The notes: a model not told the origin generated them from the sequence alone. A DNA stretch of 64,000 nucleotides from Isurus oxyrinchus (GCA_026770705.1 JANJGN010000004.1:172794001-172858000), one strand, 5' to 3'; positions 48,055 to 61,100 are shown, numbered from the stretch's first letter. Translations and numbers: made by a program.

Positions 48055-51000
48055 CAAGTAATCATTGGTTTCTGTGAAAGGATGAATTCAATGGATTAAA
48101 TATTTCTTTTCTCTATGCATCTTTTTGGTTTTGCTGCACTGACATCAAGAACTGCAACTCGATCAACCCATTCCCATTTATTTCCCTATATGCCTCAATT
48201 TGTTTTGGAAAGTAACCCATTAGAATTACTTTGAGTAATCTTTATTTAACGTTACTTTAATATGTGAAATCATCTGTGTCAATCAGAAATAAATTGGATT
48301 AATTGGTGTGATTGCAGTTTGGAAGATGGTATTCATATCCTCTTGGATTTCCTGGAAGGTCCATCGGTTTAACAAGCCTTGTAGAAACTCAAAGAGCTGC
48401 ACTCTGTTCCCCATTTCTTCTTTTATTTTAGATGATGGCTACTATTTAGTCGGAGTCTATCTTACATTTACTATCTGCTTAGTTGCATGATGACCCTGTA
48501 AACAACATAAACTGGTAGAGTACTGAAGTGTGCTAATTTACTCTAGTTTCAGAAAGCAAGATAGAGTCATGAAACCATAAGGGAACTTTCAAGGCTTCAA
48601 TTATTTTTGGTAACTGGAATGCATTATCTTTCTGACCAAAAAATAATACTTGATTCTGTGGAAATTTCTTTGAATGATGAAGACAGGGAGTTTATCATTT
48701 CTCAGCTTATGGTTTCCTCGTAGGTATTGCAGTTCTGCTCTCTTGCTGTGGTAATTAAAGATAAAAGTGGTTCATTCTGTCAATTTTAAATTCTATAGAA
48801 ACACTTGAATGGTGTTTGTAATTGTATTATAAATCAAAATGTTACGTTTCCATTTTAAGCTCGAGAAACAGAACAATACATCCGGGTTAATGAGCCTGTC
48901 TATCATCAGTCTACCTACACTGCAGACTGTCTCATGAGGTAGCAACACAAGAGATAGGTTTGCGCATTTGCAAGTAGCAATTGGTTGAACTCTGCCAAAT
49001 ATGTTTAATAGCTTTCCTCTGGCTGACCATTTTCTGTCAGGTTGTGATTTTTTGTATAATCTGCTTCACATGAACTATATCTTTCCCGAGATTATCTCTG
49101 ATCTGCTACCTACCACAGTGGGAAGCCTCTCTCACAGAGGCTCCTTGGTGGCAAGAGATGTCACAATGATTGATTGGTACATATCCATGTCAGCGGGGAT
49201 TGACAAACCTAGAGAATAAAACATCTTTACCACTTGACTTTTCATGGAAACGTGTTTTGGAAAGACCCAGCAGTTTTGCCTGCATATTTCAGCTCAACTG
49301 CTAACTAGAGATCAGCAAACTGTCAGAAAGTTTCCTGCACCACTCATTTTATTAAAGCTGGATTATTACAGGGGAAGTTTAATGCTATGAACATAAGTCA
49401 ACTAGGCTCAGTGCTTGTGCACTAATGAGTCTGAAAGCATCACTGAGAGGTGAGAGTTTGAACAGGGTTTTGAACTTGGAATGTCCAGAGGTTTAGTGTA
49501 GCAGCTGTTCAGGAGATTTACATGTCATTTAGTCACTTGAATTGTATGTATTTTGTGCAACCCTATAGTTGGGGGCCATCAAAAAATCGCTTTCATTAGC
49601 ACTTTTGTCTAAAATGTCACCGAGAGGAAGACAGTTCTGATTTATTTATAAGTTACCATTTTCTGCTTAATTTTCAACTGTGTTAACAAACTGGTAGCAC
49701 AACGACAGATTGGGACAGCAGTCTCTTCATTACATGCTGTAAATGGGCAAAAGAAATTCAAGTCCTAGTTAAACTAACACATTGAAGTAAAGGTAGTTTC
49801 AGGCATGCATCACTGTAAAAAGGTCAATGTGCTATAACTCCCAACTTAACAGTATTGTAGGAGCTGATTCGGTACATGGGCTTCGTTGGAGTTAGAAGTA
49901 CCATTGCAAGGACAACTAAGAATGGGCAATAAATGGCGGCCTTTTCAGCGATGCCCACATCCTGAGAATAAAATTAAAATCTAACTCTCAAGGGCAATAA
50001 AAGCCAAGATGTTATGAGAGCAGCGCAAGTGGGTCCTTTGACCCTGCCTGGGCTTCAAACAAAGCCCAATGCACAATCATCGTGTTTTCTAACTCACAAA
50101 GGTTAAAGTTCTACCTGATAATCTGGGAGGTTTATAAACTTATTTTCTTCAGTAGTTTGATTATTTGGAGAAAGTAGGCACTCATGCCCACGCTTAAAAA
50201 TTAAATTAGCTGCTTTGTCAGTTAAGTTCACTGCACGTGTAACTGGCAATTTAAATTTGGACAACCAGCTGTACATCATACTCTACTAGCTGGAAATTGC
50301 AGCATAACTGCCACCTCAGTTTAAAACTGCAATGATGTTTGTCCCCTTAAGTCAAATAAAGGCACTCATAAGAGCAATGTGGACATAGACATCGAAGATC
50401 TTAAATCAACCAAAACGAAAACTAAATGAAAATGATCCAAATATTTCAAAACTTTGATGAGATTGCTGAGCAGTGGATCAGGATTAAGATTTTCATCAAA
50501 TGCTATGTGCAACTTCACACATAAACAATTTGTCAGAACAAGCAACAGTAGCAAAAACAGCAAATACATGCGTAATAACCTAAACCATAAATGTAAGTTT
50601 GATACACTTGTGAAGAAAAGAAAAAGTTTCATTTGCACAGTGCCTATCACATTATCAGGATATCCTAAAGTGTTTCATGGAAAATGAGGTATCTCTGAGG
50701 TGTCGTCACTGGGGTTAAAGTTCAGTTTCTGCAGGGTTCAAAACAGGCGGATCAACCACCCTTTATACAAGCCGTTGATTTTCTTTTCATTCACTTCGAG
50801 GACAAGAAAAATTAGACAGGATGTATTATGGGCTGCTCCAGGTGATTATTAAGGGCCCACGTTCAGCTTGCTGTCAAATACCAATGGGGCATGGCCCTCA
50901 AAAAGAGGTGCAACAGGCAGGGTATCCTGCAAGCAGGCCCAAAATCAACACCTGGGAAATATCCAGCGTTTCCTATACCAAAGTCATCTGGAATAAAATT

Positions 51001-52208
51001 GGATTAAGCACTGATCCCTGGTTCACTACTTCCAGCTTTTCTTCAGTTTTTAATCTAACACTTCATTTCCTGATCCTCAACCAACTTAATATTCATGCTA
51101 GTACACTTGCTCATGCACCAAATTTCTGAACTTTTCAAAGACGCCTTTTGTAAGACAAATTATCATGTGCCTTATAAAAATTGATATACACTGCTTATAA
51201 CATCTATGTATTCAGTCACTTCTTCAAATGTCTATTTAGTTTGTCAAACACAACCATGCTGAAAATTGATGTGTGAAATTTGCTTCCTTCACTCTAAGCA
51301 CAATCATATCAGTTAGAAGCAGAAGACCTTGAATTTAATATAACATGTTTAAGATTTACCAAAGTGATTTACAACTAATGAAGTATTTTTAAAGTGTAAC
51401 ATTGTTGTAATGAGGGGAAATACAGCAACCAATTCACACACAGTAAGGTCCTATGAACAGCAATGAGCTAAATGATCAGATAGTCAGCCTCTGATGGTGT
51501 TAGTTGAGGGCTAAAGGGATGTCACAGGAATTGTACACATTTAATATTTGGGGGACATTTATAAATAGAACTTAGTGCATAAGAGACATTAGACAAGCAG
51601 ATACTTATCAAGCATACCAAGTGGTGATATTCATGTTTAATATTCATTTTTCTTATGAGAAGTAACTTGAAAAAGATTAAGCTTACCTCTCTTGCATGTG
51701 ACCAATTGAGTTGGTTAGCTCTTCATAGAGTCCCAAGGATTTTTTGAAATATTGGATTGAGAGATGGCTTTTCAGGCTTGCATCAAAGCTAACTACAGAG
51801 TTCATCGGGTTAATTTCCAGTTGCAACAGTTTAAACTTACTGTTGCCAGTAAATTAAGCCATCCAATCATTGGAAATCAAATTAAGCATGTTGAAACACC
51901 TTGTTTGAGGATTTAACTATATAAACAAATGCTAGTACTGTTAACAGAGTAAAACATCCCAAGGTGCTTGACAGGGCGATTATCAAAAAAAAATTGACAT
52001 TGAATGACACAAGGAGATATTGGGACAGGTGATCAAAAGCTTGGTCAAGGAATAGCTGTTAAGTAGTGTCTTAAAGGCGTGGAGCGAGGTGGAGACTTTT
52101 AGGGAGGCAATTCTGAGCCTTACTAAAGCAGCTTTTTAAAAATTTGTCCAATTCTATCAAAAGAAAATGAAGAAGCCCAGAGCAGAAGGGCAACCTGTTA
52201 ATGAGTGA

Positions 52209-52293
52209 AAAATAAAACCAGAATTACCTGGAAAAACTCAGCAGGTCTGGCAGCATCGGCGGAGAAGAAAAGAGTTGACGTTTTTGTTTTCAT
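52209..52293 (-). mobile_element. 85-bp Penelope pLTR mini-insertion with 14-bp TSD
   Basis: CTGTTAATGAGTGA at 52195-52208 and 52294-52307 flanks aaaataaaaccagaattacctggaaaaactcagcaggtctggcagcatcggcggagaagaaaagagttgacg... Confidence 0.85.
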
Positions 52294-52844
52294 CTGTTAA
52301 TGAGTGAGTCTGTTTCCAGAAGGGTCAACACTTCCCACAGAGGTCAATCAGACAAATTATGCAACAGTATGAATCCTGGGAGGACATTCTTTGACAGTTA
52401 AATGCAATCTAATGAAACTGAAGAACGTGGAACATGATTTATAAATATTTGAAGGATATTAAGGCATCCAAGAAAAGCAAGCAAATGAAGCATTATTCTT
52501 GCAGGTGAAGGAGCTGCCACTGTCAGATTTTAAAAGTGTACCAGATACATAATATCGGAGCAATGCAAACTCATAAAAACGGAACATACAGCCATGAAAT
52601 AACATCACGAAAGTGAAAGTGACCACCAAACGTAACTAGATGTCAATGGATGCTTCCGGATAACGCTTGAATTGGCCAGTATATGGCATATCACTGAGGT
52701 CATAATAATAGTAAAGTGCTGCACAATTGATCAAAATACACCCATGGTTGCTGACAAACCTGAGGCAAAGATCAGTGCTAGGGAGAGAGTGCACAACTAA
52801 TAGCAGCCCACAAGCCAGTTCCCTGAGCAACGTACCTGTATTGG

Positions 52845-54040
52845 AAGTAATCAGTGGAATATTGCTTAGTGGTTATATTACTAGACTAATAATTCAGATG
52901 GAAAAGCCAGTTCAAAATGTTCAAATCCCAGTTAAAATCACTAATACTGCAGTCCCATTTTAAAGCATACAAAGTCAGTTTGGACAAGTTTTACTGGCAC
53001 CTTTCATTTCCAAGTTTTACTGATGTTTCCCTTTAATTAATAATCCAGAGAGTGTTACTTCATGATCCCACGGTGGCGGTTTGAGAATTTTAAATCAGTT
53101 ATAACAAAAAATCTGGAACTTAAAAGTGGGCATCAGTAAAAGAGACTGTTGAGTGTCATGGGGGAGAATTTTCTCCCCATTGGGGGTGCTAAGCGGGAGT
53201 GGGCGCAGATGGGCACACAGCCGATCGGTGCCTGCGATCGGCTGTGTGCCACCATTTTATGTGGGTGGGCCAATTAAGGCACTGAGTGCTCCCTGTGCGG
53301 GCAGGGGGAGGAGGGAGAGTTGGGGCCTGCGCTGCTTTGCGCACACGTGGGAAAGAGCGCAGAAATCTCCCTGAGGCAGCTCCATGGAAATCTGAAAGAA
53401 GGATTTTTAAAAATTATTCGGACATACGGACATATCCCCATATGTAACAGTGTCACGAGCTGGGACATGTCAATGAATTTTAATGAAAAATTTTATTTGA
53501 TTTACAAACCCTTCATGAAACCTCATCCTGCCCGTGGATGAGGTTTCATTATAAATGCGAAGGCCACCTGGGCTCTTTGCCTGCCCCCCCTACCTTAATG
53601 TTAGATGAGCAGGCCAGACAATTAGTTTAACTAGCTGGTAAATGGCCCTAATAGGCCTTTGACAGTTTGGTGGGCATGCAGCTGACTCTGGTGCGCGTGC
53701 ACCGAACTGAAGATCGGAATGACGCCTGGTAATGTCGGAATGCCCGCCTGACATCACCGCGCTTCATTTTACATGTCGGCATGCAGAGCCCGCCCCCGCA
53801 TGCCAACCAGAAGATTCAGGCCATAAAATCACTAATGGTTCACGATGGAAACCTGCTGCCCTTGTCTAGCTTGGCTGATATGCGTGGCTCCAGCCTCATG
53901 ACAATATGCGGCTTTTACATGCCCACTGAAGGAGTCCGGTAAACGGTCAGTTGTATTCATCAGCACCTTCTCAGGGTCATGCAGGGCAGGCTCTAAATTC
54001 TGCCCTTGTCATTAATGCCTACATCCTGAGGGTGAATTAA
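52845..54040 (+). mobile_element. SINE-A-related element split by a MITE
   Basis: Head tagtggttatattactagactaataattcaga...gttcaaatccca. Tail cagcaccttctcagg...ctacatcctgagggtgaattaa. Confidence 0.55.
53161..53822. mobile_element. Family A MITE
   Basis: GGGGAGAATTTTCT ... AGAAGATTCAGGCC, flanks ATG/ATA. Reverse-complement sibling of 47373-48054. Confidence 0.88.
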
Positions 54041-55608
54041 AGATGACTAAAATTGCTTGGCTATTTTGTACATTGAAAAAGTATTTCTTATCATCCACTG
54101 CACCACACACCCAACTTTAATGGTCAATGTCATTTGTCAACTGTAATTTCACATTACAAGTTACATTTCTAGCAAGGTGGACATTTCCAGCAAGGCCATT
54201 GACTGAGACAATAAACAGCATCATCTGAAATATAACTTTGCAAATGGAAGAAAACATTTTTCACGTTTCATTGAACTAGGACTGGTAATAAATAGTGCAT
54301 ATATATGCTTGTCTGGTGCAACAAAAAGCAAAATACCTTGCCATCTGAAAATCAAGGAGCTTTTGTATTGTCAGTTCAACCTGATTGATGTTTTTAAAGT
54401 GAACAAGCTTTTTCAGCTGTTCAGAAGCGGGTCAGCTTTTGTCTGGCCTGTCATAATAGTTCAGAAATATCCTCGTTTAATCTCTTCTATGTTTCACTTC
54501 CAGGAAGGAACTTGGCTACATTTAGGATAATAACAATCTTGCACATAACTATTCAGACAGACGTGGCTGGGGCCTGTAACCCTCTCAGATGGACATTTTT
54601 ATTGATGTAAGATAATTGACACCTATTTCTGGCAATGTGAAATGATTCACAGTCATATCCATTTGTAGCAATGTAAAATAATCAGCAGCATATATTAAGG
54701 TAACATCGTTGACAATGATCCTCGTTACTTCCTTTAAAACTTTTCAAATCTCACATCTTTTACAACACAGCCTTCCAAGTACGATGGGATTGATGACAGC
54801 ACATTGACTTCCTACGTGATTGCTCACTGGACTCTTCACTTAGTGGTCTGCTGCTCATTCAACGTTCACTGAGAGTGTTTGTCACAACTTCCACATTAAT
54901 GTGAATGGTCTCATCATAGCTTACATCTCCTTCAGTGCTCCAATTTACATCTTCTTGCAATTTATTGAAGCTCTTGCACTTATGTGCTAATTATAAAGGG
55001 TTGGGGAGGGAGGGGGGTCAATTGCAGATTTAGTATCATTGTTGTAAGAGTTTTGCCTATTGCCCCAATTGTACATTGTTTGTAGTGCACCCTAGCTCCA
55101 AAGATGCATCCAGCGTGAACCTACCTGTTTCTACAATTTTGTGACAAAAATAGATGGTAAAATAATTTTATTTTAAGACTGGAATAAAATCTAACTCGGA
55201 AACACTTTTCACTGTTACACTACAGTCATTCTCAGCGATATGACATTTACTCTGTAGTTTCTACAGAAAATAATGTGTATTGCTTCAAGGCCCACAGAAA
55301 AAGAATTAATGATTTGTAATGGAATTTTTGAGAAACAGGCGATAAGCAGCTTATGTTATATTTGTACGCAAGTATTGTAACCAGGATTAAGTTATAGCCT
55401 CCAAGTAGCCACAATGCAACCTATGTGGTTCAGATTGTGAATCCTGAAAAAAAATTTCTTAATTTAGATGAGATATATGGCTCTCATTTAAGGACAAACT
55501 TTTGAACTAAATGTAATGGTAATCCATTTATAGGATTTAAGGCTTTGTGTAGCTAGGAAAGGTTCAACAGGATCGAGAGACAGGATAGACTAATGTTATC
55601 TGTGTAGG

Positions 55609-55870
55609 TGTTATATTCCAGAAATCCAGTTGGTGAAGAATAGAACCGGAGTTTATATTTATTTACAAGAACACATCTCCTGAGTGAACAACCACATATT
55701 TAGTCTGTGTTCGTTTATAGGGACTCAAGTGAATTCCCGGTTAATGCCCATCACCTGCATACAAATAAGCACAGTTAATATATAATAGCTTCTTTTTTCT
55801 TTCTTTAAATTAAAATGAGAATTCACATGTACAACCAACATTTCAAAAAAAAATCTAAAATTTCCACATT
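55609..55870 (-). mobile_element. Second copy of the Copia-like LTR (about 180 bp) with PPT and adjacent UTR
   Basis: tgttatattccagaaatccagttggtgaagaatagaac...ggttaatgccca matches 12382-12530 plus 13500-13559. Pyrimidine run 55788-55806 is a minus-strand PPT. Confidence 0.65.
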
Positions 55871-56173
55871 CTGTACAATTGTGAGTCAACTCCTCTCAGG
55901 ACCCCAAACAATTTCTTTTGCATGTTTTGCTTTGGGGGTAATACATTGGCATGGATTGAGAATTGTTAAAGGAAAGAAAACAGACCTTTTGTTAACAATG
56001 GTGAACAGTGTTTAGGTTAGCAGTGTTTTGTCAATGTCGCTTTTAAGATTGTTTGTCACAACAGAAGTCTTAAAACTTGAAATATTGTCATGTAATCCTT
56101 TCAGCATTCCACTGGAAGTTTGAACTCCTTTTCAAAGATCTCTGTGGGGATTGTCACACATCACCGAAATATG

Positions 56174-56612
56174 GGGCAGAATCTCTCATCCTGCGGGTGG
56201 GTGCCCAACCTGAAAGGGTGTAAAACAGTGCGCGATGGTGTCGGGCGTGTGTCCCAACATCATCGCGCACTCTCACGATCTTCCAGTTGGCGGGCGGCGC
56301 GAGAGGTGGCAGCGAGACCGCCGACAATTAAGAGGCTTATTAAAGTCCTCAAGTAATTAAGCAAGCTGCATTTTTCGCTGCCCGCTCAACCGGTCGGTTG
56401 GGTGAGTAGGCCAGACTGCCTTTGCATTTTTAACAGAACTTCAAGCACGGGCGGGATGAGGTTACGAAAAATGGTTACGAAAAAAAAGCAATAAAAAAAT
56501 TTTAACATCCATTTTTACATGTCCCTCTTCATGTGACTGAGTCACATATGGGAACATGTTTATATCATATGTGATTTTAAAATGCTTCAGCTCCCTGAGG
56601 CAGCTCTGTGCC
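56174..56612. mobile_element. Family A MITE, truncated
   Basis: GGGCAGAATCTCT terminus; palindromes acatgtccc..catgtgac..gtcacat; ends at ctccctgaggcagctctgtgcct. Confidence 0.75.
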
Positions 56613-56614
56613 TT

Positions 56615-57328
56615 TAATAGTGTCAAGCATCTTGAGTGCAGTTTGAGCTGCACCCATCCCAGGTAAGTGGACAGTATTCCATCACAGGCTGAACTTCTGC
56701 CTTGTAAATAATGGAAAGGCTTTGGCGAGTTGGGAGGGGAGTCCCTCACTGCAAAATTGCCAGCCTCTGACCTGCTTTTATAGCCCACTGTATTTACGTG
56801 GCTGGTCCAGTCAAATTTCTGGTCAATGATGAGCCCAGGATGTTGATGGGGGATTCAGTGATGGTAATGCCATTGAATGTCAAGGGGAGGTGCTTAGACT
56901 GTTTCTTGTTGGAGCAGCTCATTGCCTGGCATGAGCGTTACTTGCCACCTATCACACTTGGCCTGAATGTTGTCTAGCTGCATTTGGCAATGGACTGCTT
57001 TAATATCTGAGGACTTGCAAATGCACCTGAATGCTGTGCAATTATCAACAAACATCTTCACTTCAGACCTTATAGAAGGAATGTCATTGATGAAGCAGCT
57101 AAAGATGTTTCGGCCTAGGATACTACTCTGGGGAACTCTTGTGTCAAAGACCTGAGGCTGAGATGAGTGGCCTCTAACAACCACAACCATCTTCCTTTGT
57201 GGTAGGTTTGTCTCCAGGCAGTGGAGAGTTTGTTTCCTGATTTCCATTGACTTCAATTTTACACAGCTCCTTCATGCCACACTCTGTCAAATGCTGCCTT
57301 GATGTCAAGGGCAGTCACTTTCTCCTCA
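56615..57328 (-). mobile_element. LINE-B RT fragment
   Basis: ORF 56894-57256 RKMVVVVRGHSS...VPQSSILGRNIFSCFINDIPS..EVKMFVDNCT. Confidence 0.8.
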
Positions 57329-57445
57329 TTATGCTGGTGATAGAATTTTCTGGTAATTAACTGCACATTATTTCCTCATAAATCTGCATTAGCAATGTTA
57401 CTATCATCAATCCACTTGCTTGAATATCTTCATATATTAGGGACG

Positions 57446-57472
57446 TATATATATATATATATATGTATATAT
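57446..57472. repeat. (TA)n microsatellite
   Basis: tatatatatatatatatatgtatatat. Confidence 0.85.
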
Positions 57473-58391
57473 GCCATGATAATCAATATTTCCACAGATG
57501 CTGCTACTGGCTCTAATATTGACTGAAAAGAGAGTTAAATTTGCACATAAAATTGAAATTATAAATATTATGAATAATAAAACAAGAATGCAATGGAATC
57601 TTCAGGTTCAGCGGACCATTTTTAAGCTCACTTGAGATTAATTCTCACAGTATATGTTAGAATCTAAACTCCCCTGATTAGATTTTTGTCTTCTAATGGC
57701 TCCCAGGTATCCATTAGTCTCTGCACTTTGTTCTGATTTGTGCACTCATTAACCAGTTTTTTTTTAATATCATATTTGGTAGTTAAATACAAAGCGGTTG
57801 TTATACTGGGGCATTCTGGAGACTGAAATACATAAGGGAATGGAATAAATTTGGGAAGTTAGGAGCAAGGAATGCAGAGAGCCATATCTTTTGCACCCAA
57901 GAACACAGTGGACTTGTGGGACTTAACAGAGCAGAAAACAGTATAAATAGGCACATGAGACAATTAGATATATTTCTGAAAGGGACTGGATTGATGAGCA
58001 TGCTAAGGAGGCAATAGATGAGATGAATCTATCAAAAGATGATAGTTCTAATGCATTTATCTATTCCTAATGTTCTCATATTAACACATAAATACTTGTG
58101 TATTTCTAAACAAAGCGACACAGTCTTAAGAATTACCCAATTTTATGACACAAAGAGAAGCCATTCAGCCCACCACATCCACGCTGACTCTTTGAAAGAG
58201 TCATCCACAACTCCCAATCACCTGCACTTTCCCCATACAGTTAAAACTTCTCTCTGCAAATACTAATCCACTTTACTTCTGAAAGCTTTTATGGGTTCTG
58301 CTGCCACCTTTGCTCCTGGTGGAGCCTTTCATGTCACAAGAACCTTCCGCGTCAAAACAAATTCTCCCAACCTCCCTTTTAGTATGGCAGC

Positions 58392-58516
58392 GCAAAAACC
58401 CGCGGATGCTGGGAATCTGAAATAAAAACAGAAAATGCTGGAAATACTCAGCAGATCTGGCAACATTGGTGGAGAGAGAAACTCAGTTTGGACGAAGTAT
58501 CATCAACCTAAACATT
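58392..58516. mobile_element. Penelope pLTR fragment with inversion junction
   Basis: Antisense pLTR tail to gagagagaaact, then a sense degenerate hammerhead-like cagtttggacgaagtatcatcaacctaaacatt. Confidence 0.6.
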
Positions 58517-58974
58517 TGGCTGAATTTTAAGGGCCTGATGGTGGCATGAACAGAGGAGGGCTGGCAGGGAATTTTGCACTGCTGGCTGTCATGCTGGCTT
58601 GCCTGGGCTACCTTTCCAGAAGCAGGATGGGGGTATGGCAGGGTGACCAGCTATCTTGAGGCACCCCCTCTAACTTACCTGAAGAAAACAGCTTGCTGCT
58701 TCTTCAGTTCTGAAAGGCTTCCTATTGGCTTTGAGAGCCATCTTAATTGCCCAGTTCAAAGAAAATCACTGCTGGGTGGCACAGTGCAGTTTTCTGACCA
58801 CTGCATCCCACCAAAATCCACCCCCTCCCAACCACCCCCACAGGGAAAATCCTGCCTGTCAACTCTGTTTTTGTCTCCATGCCTGCTGTCAGATCCATTA
58901 TTTCCAGAATTTGCTATTTTCATTTTCAATTTATGCCCTCATGCTGGCCAGTGAAAATTATTTTTCCCACTCTT

Positions 58975-59370
58975 TTTCTTTTGTTCTTTTCATGGGATGT
59001 GAGCATTGCTGGCAAGGTCAATATTTGTTGCCCATCCTTAACTGCTACAACTGAGTAGTTTGCTAGGCCATATCAGACAGTAGGCAGCCACATTGTTGTG
59101 GGTCTGGAGTCACATGCAGGAAGGACCAAATAAGGATGGCAGATTCCCTGCCCTAAAGGTCATTAATGAACCAGATGGGTTTTTACAACAATCAATGATA
59201 GCTTTTTACTCACCACTACAGCTTTCAATTCCAGCTTTATTAATTATTTGAAACTTTTGAATTTAAATTCCACCAGCTACCATGGAGGGATTTGAACCCA
59301 TGTGCCCAGAACATTAGCCTAGGTCTTAGGATAACTAGCCCAGTGACATTACAGCCATGCCACCAAGCCC
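58975..59370 (-). mobile_element. SINE-A, near full length
   Basis: Tail catgggatgtgagcattgctggcaagg..tttgttgcccatcc; head gatttgaaccc...actagcccagtgacattac. Confidence 0.75.
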
Positions 59371-59375
59371 CATCT

Positions 59376-60170
59376 ATAAGAACATAAGAAATAGGAACAG
59401 GAGTAGGCCGTTCGGCCCCTCAAGCATGCCCTGCCATTCAATAAGATCATGGCTGATCTGCCCCAGGCCTCAAATCCTCTTTTGTGCCAGCTCCTCATAG
59501 CCCTCAACTCCCTGATATTTTTTAAAAATCTACCTACCTCCCCAGTGATCTAGCCTCTACAACTCTCTGGGGTAGAGAATTTCAGACATTCGCTACCCTC
59601 TGAGAGAAGAAGTTCCTTCGCATCTCAGTTTTAAATGAGTGTCCCCTTATTCTGTAACTACGTCCCCGAGTTCGAGATTCCCCCACCAGTGGAAACATTT
59701 TCTCAATATCTACCCTGTCAAGCCCCCTCAGAATCTTGTACATTTCAATAAGATCACCTCTCATTCTTCTAAACTCTAATAAATAAAGGCCTAACCTGTT
59801 TAGCCGTTCTTTATAAGTCAACCCCTTCATCGCAGGAATCAGCCTTGTGAATCTCTTTTGAACTGCCTCCAATGCCAGTAAATCCTTTCTTAAATACGAG
59901 GACCAAAACTGTACACAGTACTCCTGGCACAGCCTCACCAACACCCTGTACAGTTGTAACTGTTGAAGAGTTGAAGACTTCCCTATTTTTAAACTCCAAC
60001 CCCCTAGCAATACAGACCAAAATTCCATTTGCCTTCTTAATTACTTGCATGCTAACTTTTTAGTGTTTTATGCACAAGAACACCCAGATCCCTCTGTGCT
60101 GCACTTTTTTGGAGTCTCTCCCCATTTAAATAATAGTCTGCCCTTTAATCCTTCCTACCAAAGTGCATCT
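59376..60170 (-). mobile_element. CR1 LINE 3' end
   Basis: ORF 59582-60028 LVRLCQEYCVQFWSSYLRKD...RRNFFSQRV; tandem tail ataagaacataagaa. Confidence 0.9.
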
Positions 60171-60679
60171 CATCATTTTGAATATCTCTAGTAATTTACT
60201 CTAAACCTTCTTTGTCCTTATAGAAAGAGCCTCTGTTTCACTAGTCACCTCATAACCGAAGCCTCTCGTCTGTGGTATCTTAACAGTGAATACGTTCTTC
60301 ATCGTCTCCAGGACCTCAATTCCTTTCCTAAAGAAGGACAGCCAAAACGTGAAACAATATTCCAATTGCAAACTAACCAATTATTTCTTCGGTTCAACAT
60401 TACCAGTTTGCATTTTTATTTTGTGAAACCTAGGATCCCATCTGTTTTTTCCGCCTGTCCCTTCTTACCACTTTATCAACTTGCCCTCTCGCTTCTAAAC
60501 ACTTACACATCTGAGCCACTAAGGCTCTGTTCATTTAAAGTTTCATAATTTAGTGTTTCGGTCTTTTCCTTCTTAGTCTTCCAAAATTCTATGACCTCAT
60601 ATATCGCCCACTTTTTACCCAATCTAATAACCTAGATCCTCCTGAAGTCATGCAGAAATCCTGTTCATAGTTAATAATG

Positions 60680-61100
60680 CTAACTGCTTTAATATCACCA
60701 GTGCCTTCCTGGCTGATCTCCCATCCTCCAACCTCCATCTTTCAGAAACTTCAGCTGATTAAAAATTCTGATGTCCACATCGTATACTCTCTTATCCATC
60801 AGGTGATGCTTGCCAATCGCCCTCTTGGCCTATATTATTGGCTCCCAATCCCCAACTGTCTCAAATTTTAAAATTTTCCAATCCCATTATGGCCTTGCAT
60901 TTTGATACTGCTGTAACTTCTTACAGCTTGCATTTATATAGTCCCTTTAACTTTAGCTTCACAAGCACCTGATCGCACACAATTTGACAAAGCTTTTGGC
61001 TATTCCTCCTAATGTCTCTTCCTTTGCCTCAGTCTTTCATATTTTTTCAATCACACTTCTGTGAAGCAATATTACTATATGTTATAAATGCAAGCTCTTG
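60680..61100 (+). mobile_element. Old L2-like LINE 3' end
   Basis: KLQLIKNS...YWLPI..LKF (ORF 60677-60871) and tail ctgtgaagc...tataaatgcaag. Confidence 0.55.

Noticed and set aside
48860-48938. Plus-strand 79-nt exon candidate (RETEQYIRVNEPVYHQSTYTADCLMR)
   Set aside because: Weak splice signals (taag acceptor, GTAGCA donor) and an unrecognised peptide; expected by chance in 64 kb.
47373-53822. Single composite transposon
   Set aside because: Outer flanks differ (CAA versus ATA) and each MITE has its own TSD-like flanks.
54770-54980. Nearly open minus-strand frame resembling a Gypsy pol tail
   Set aside because: Contains an internal stop and no diagnostic integrase motif; too weak to call.
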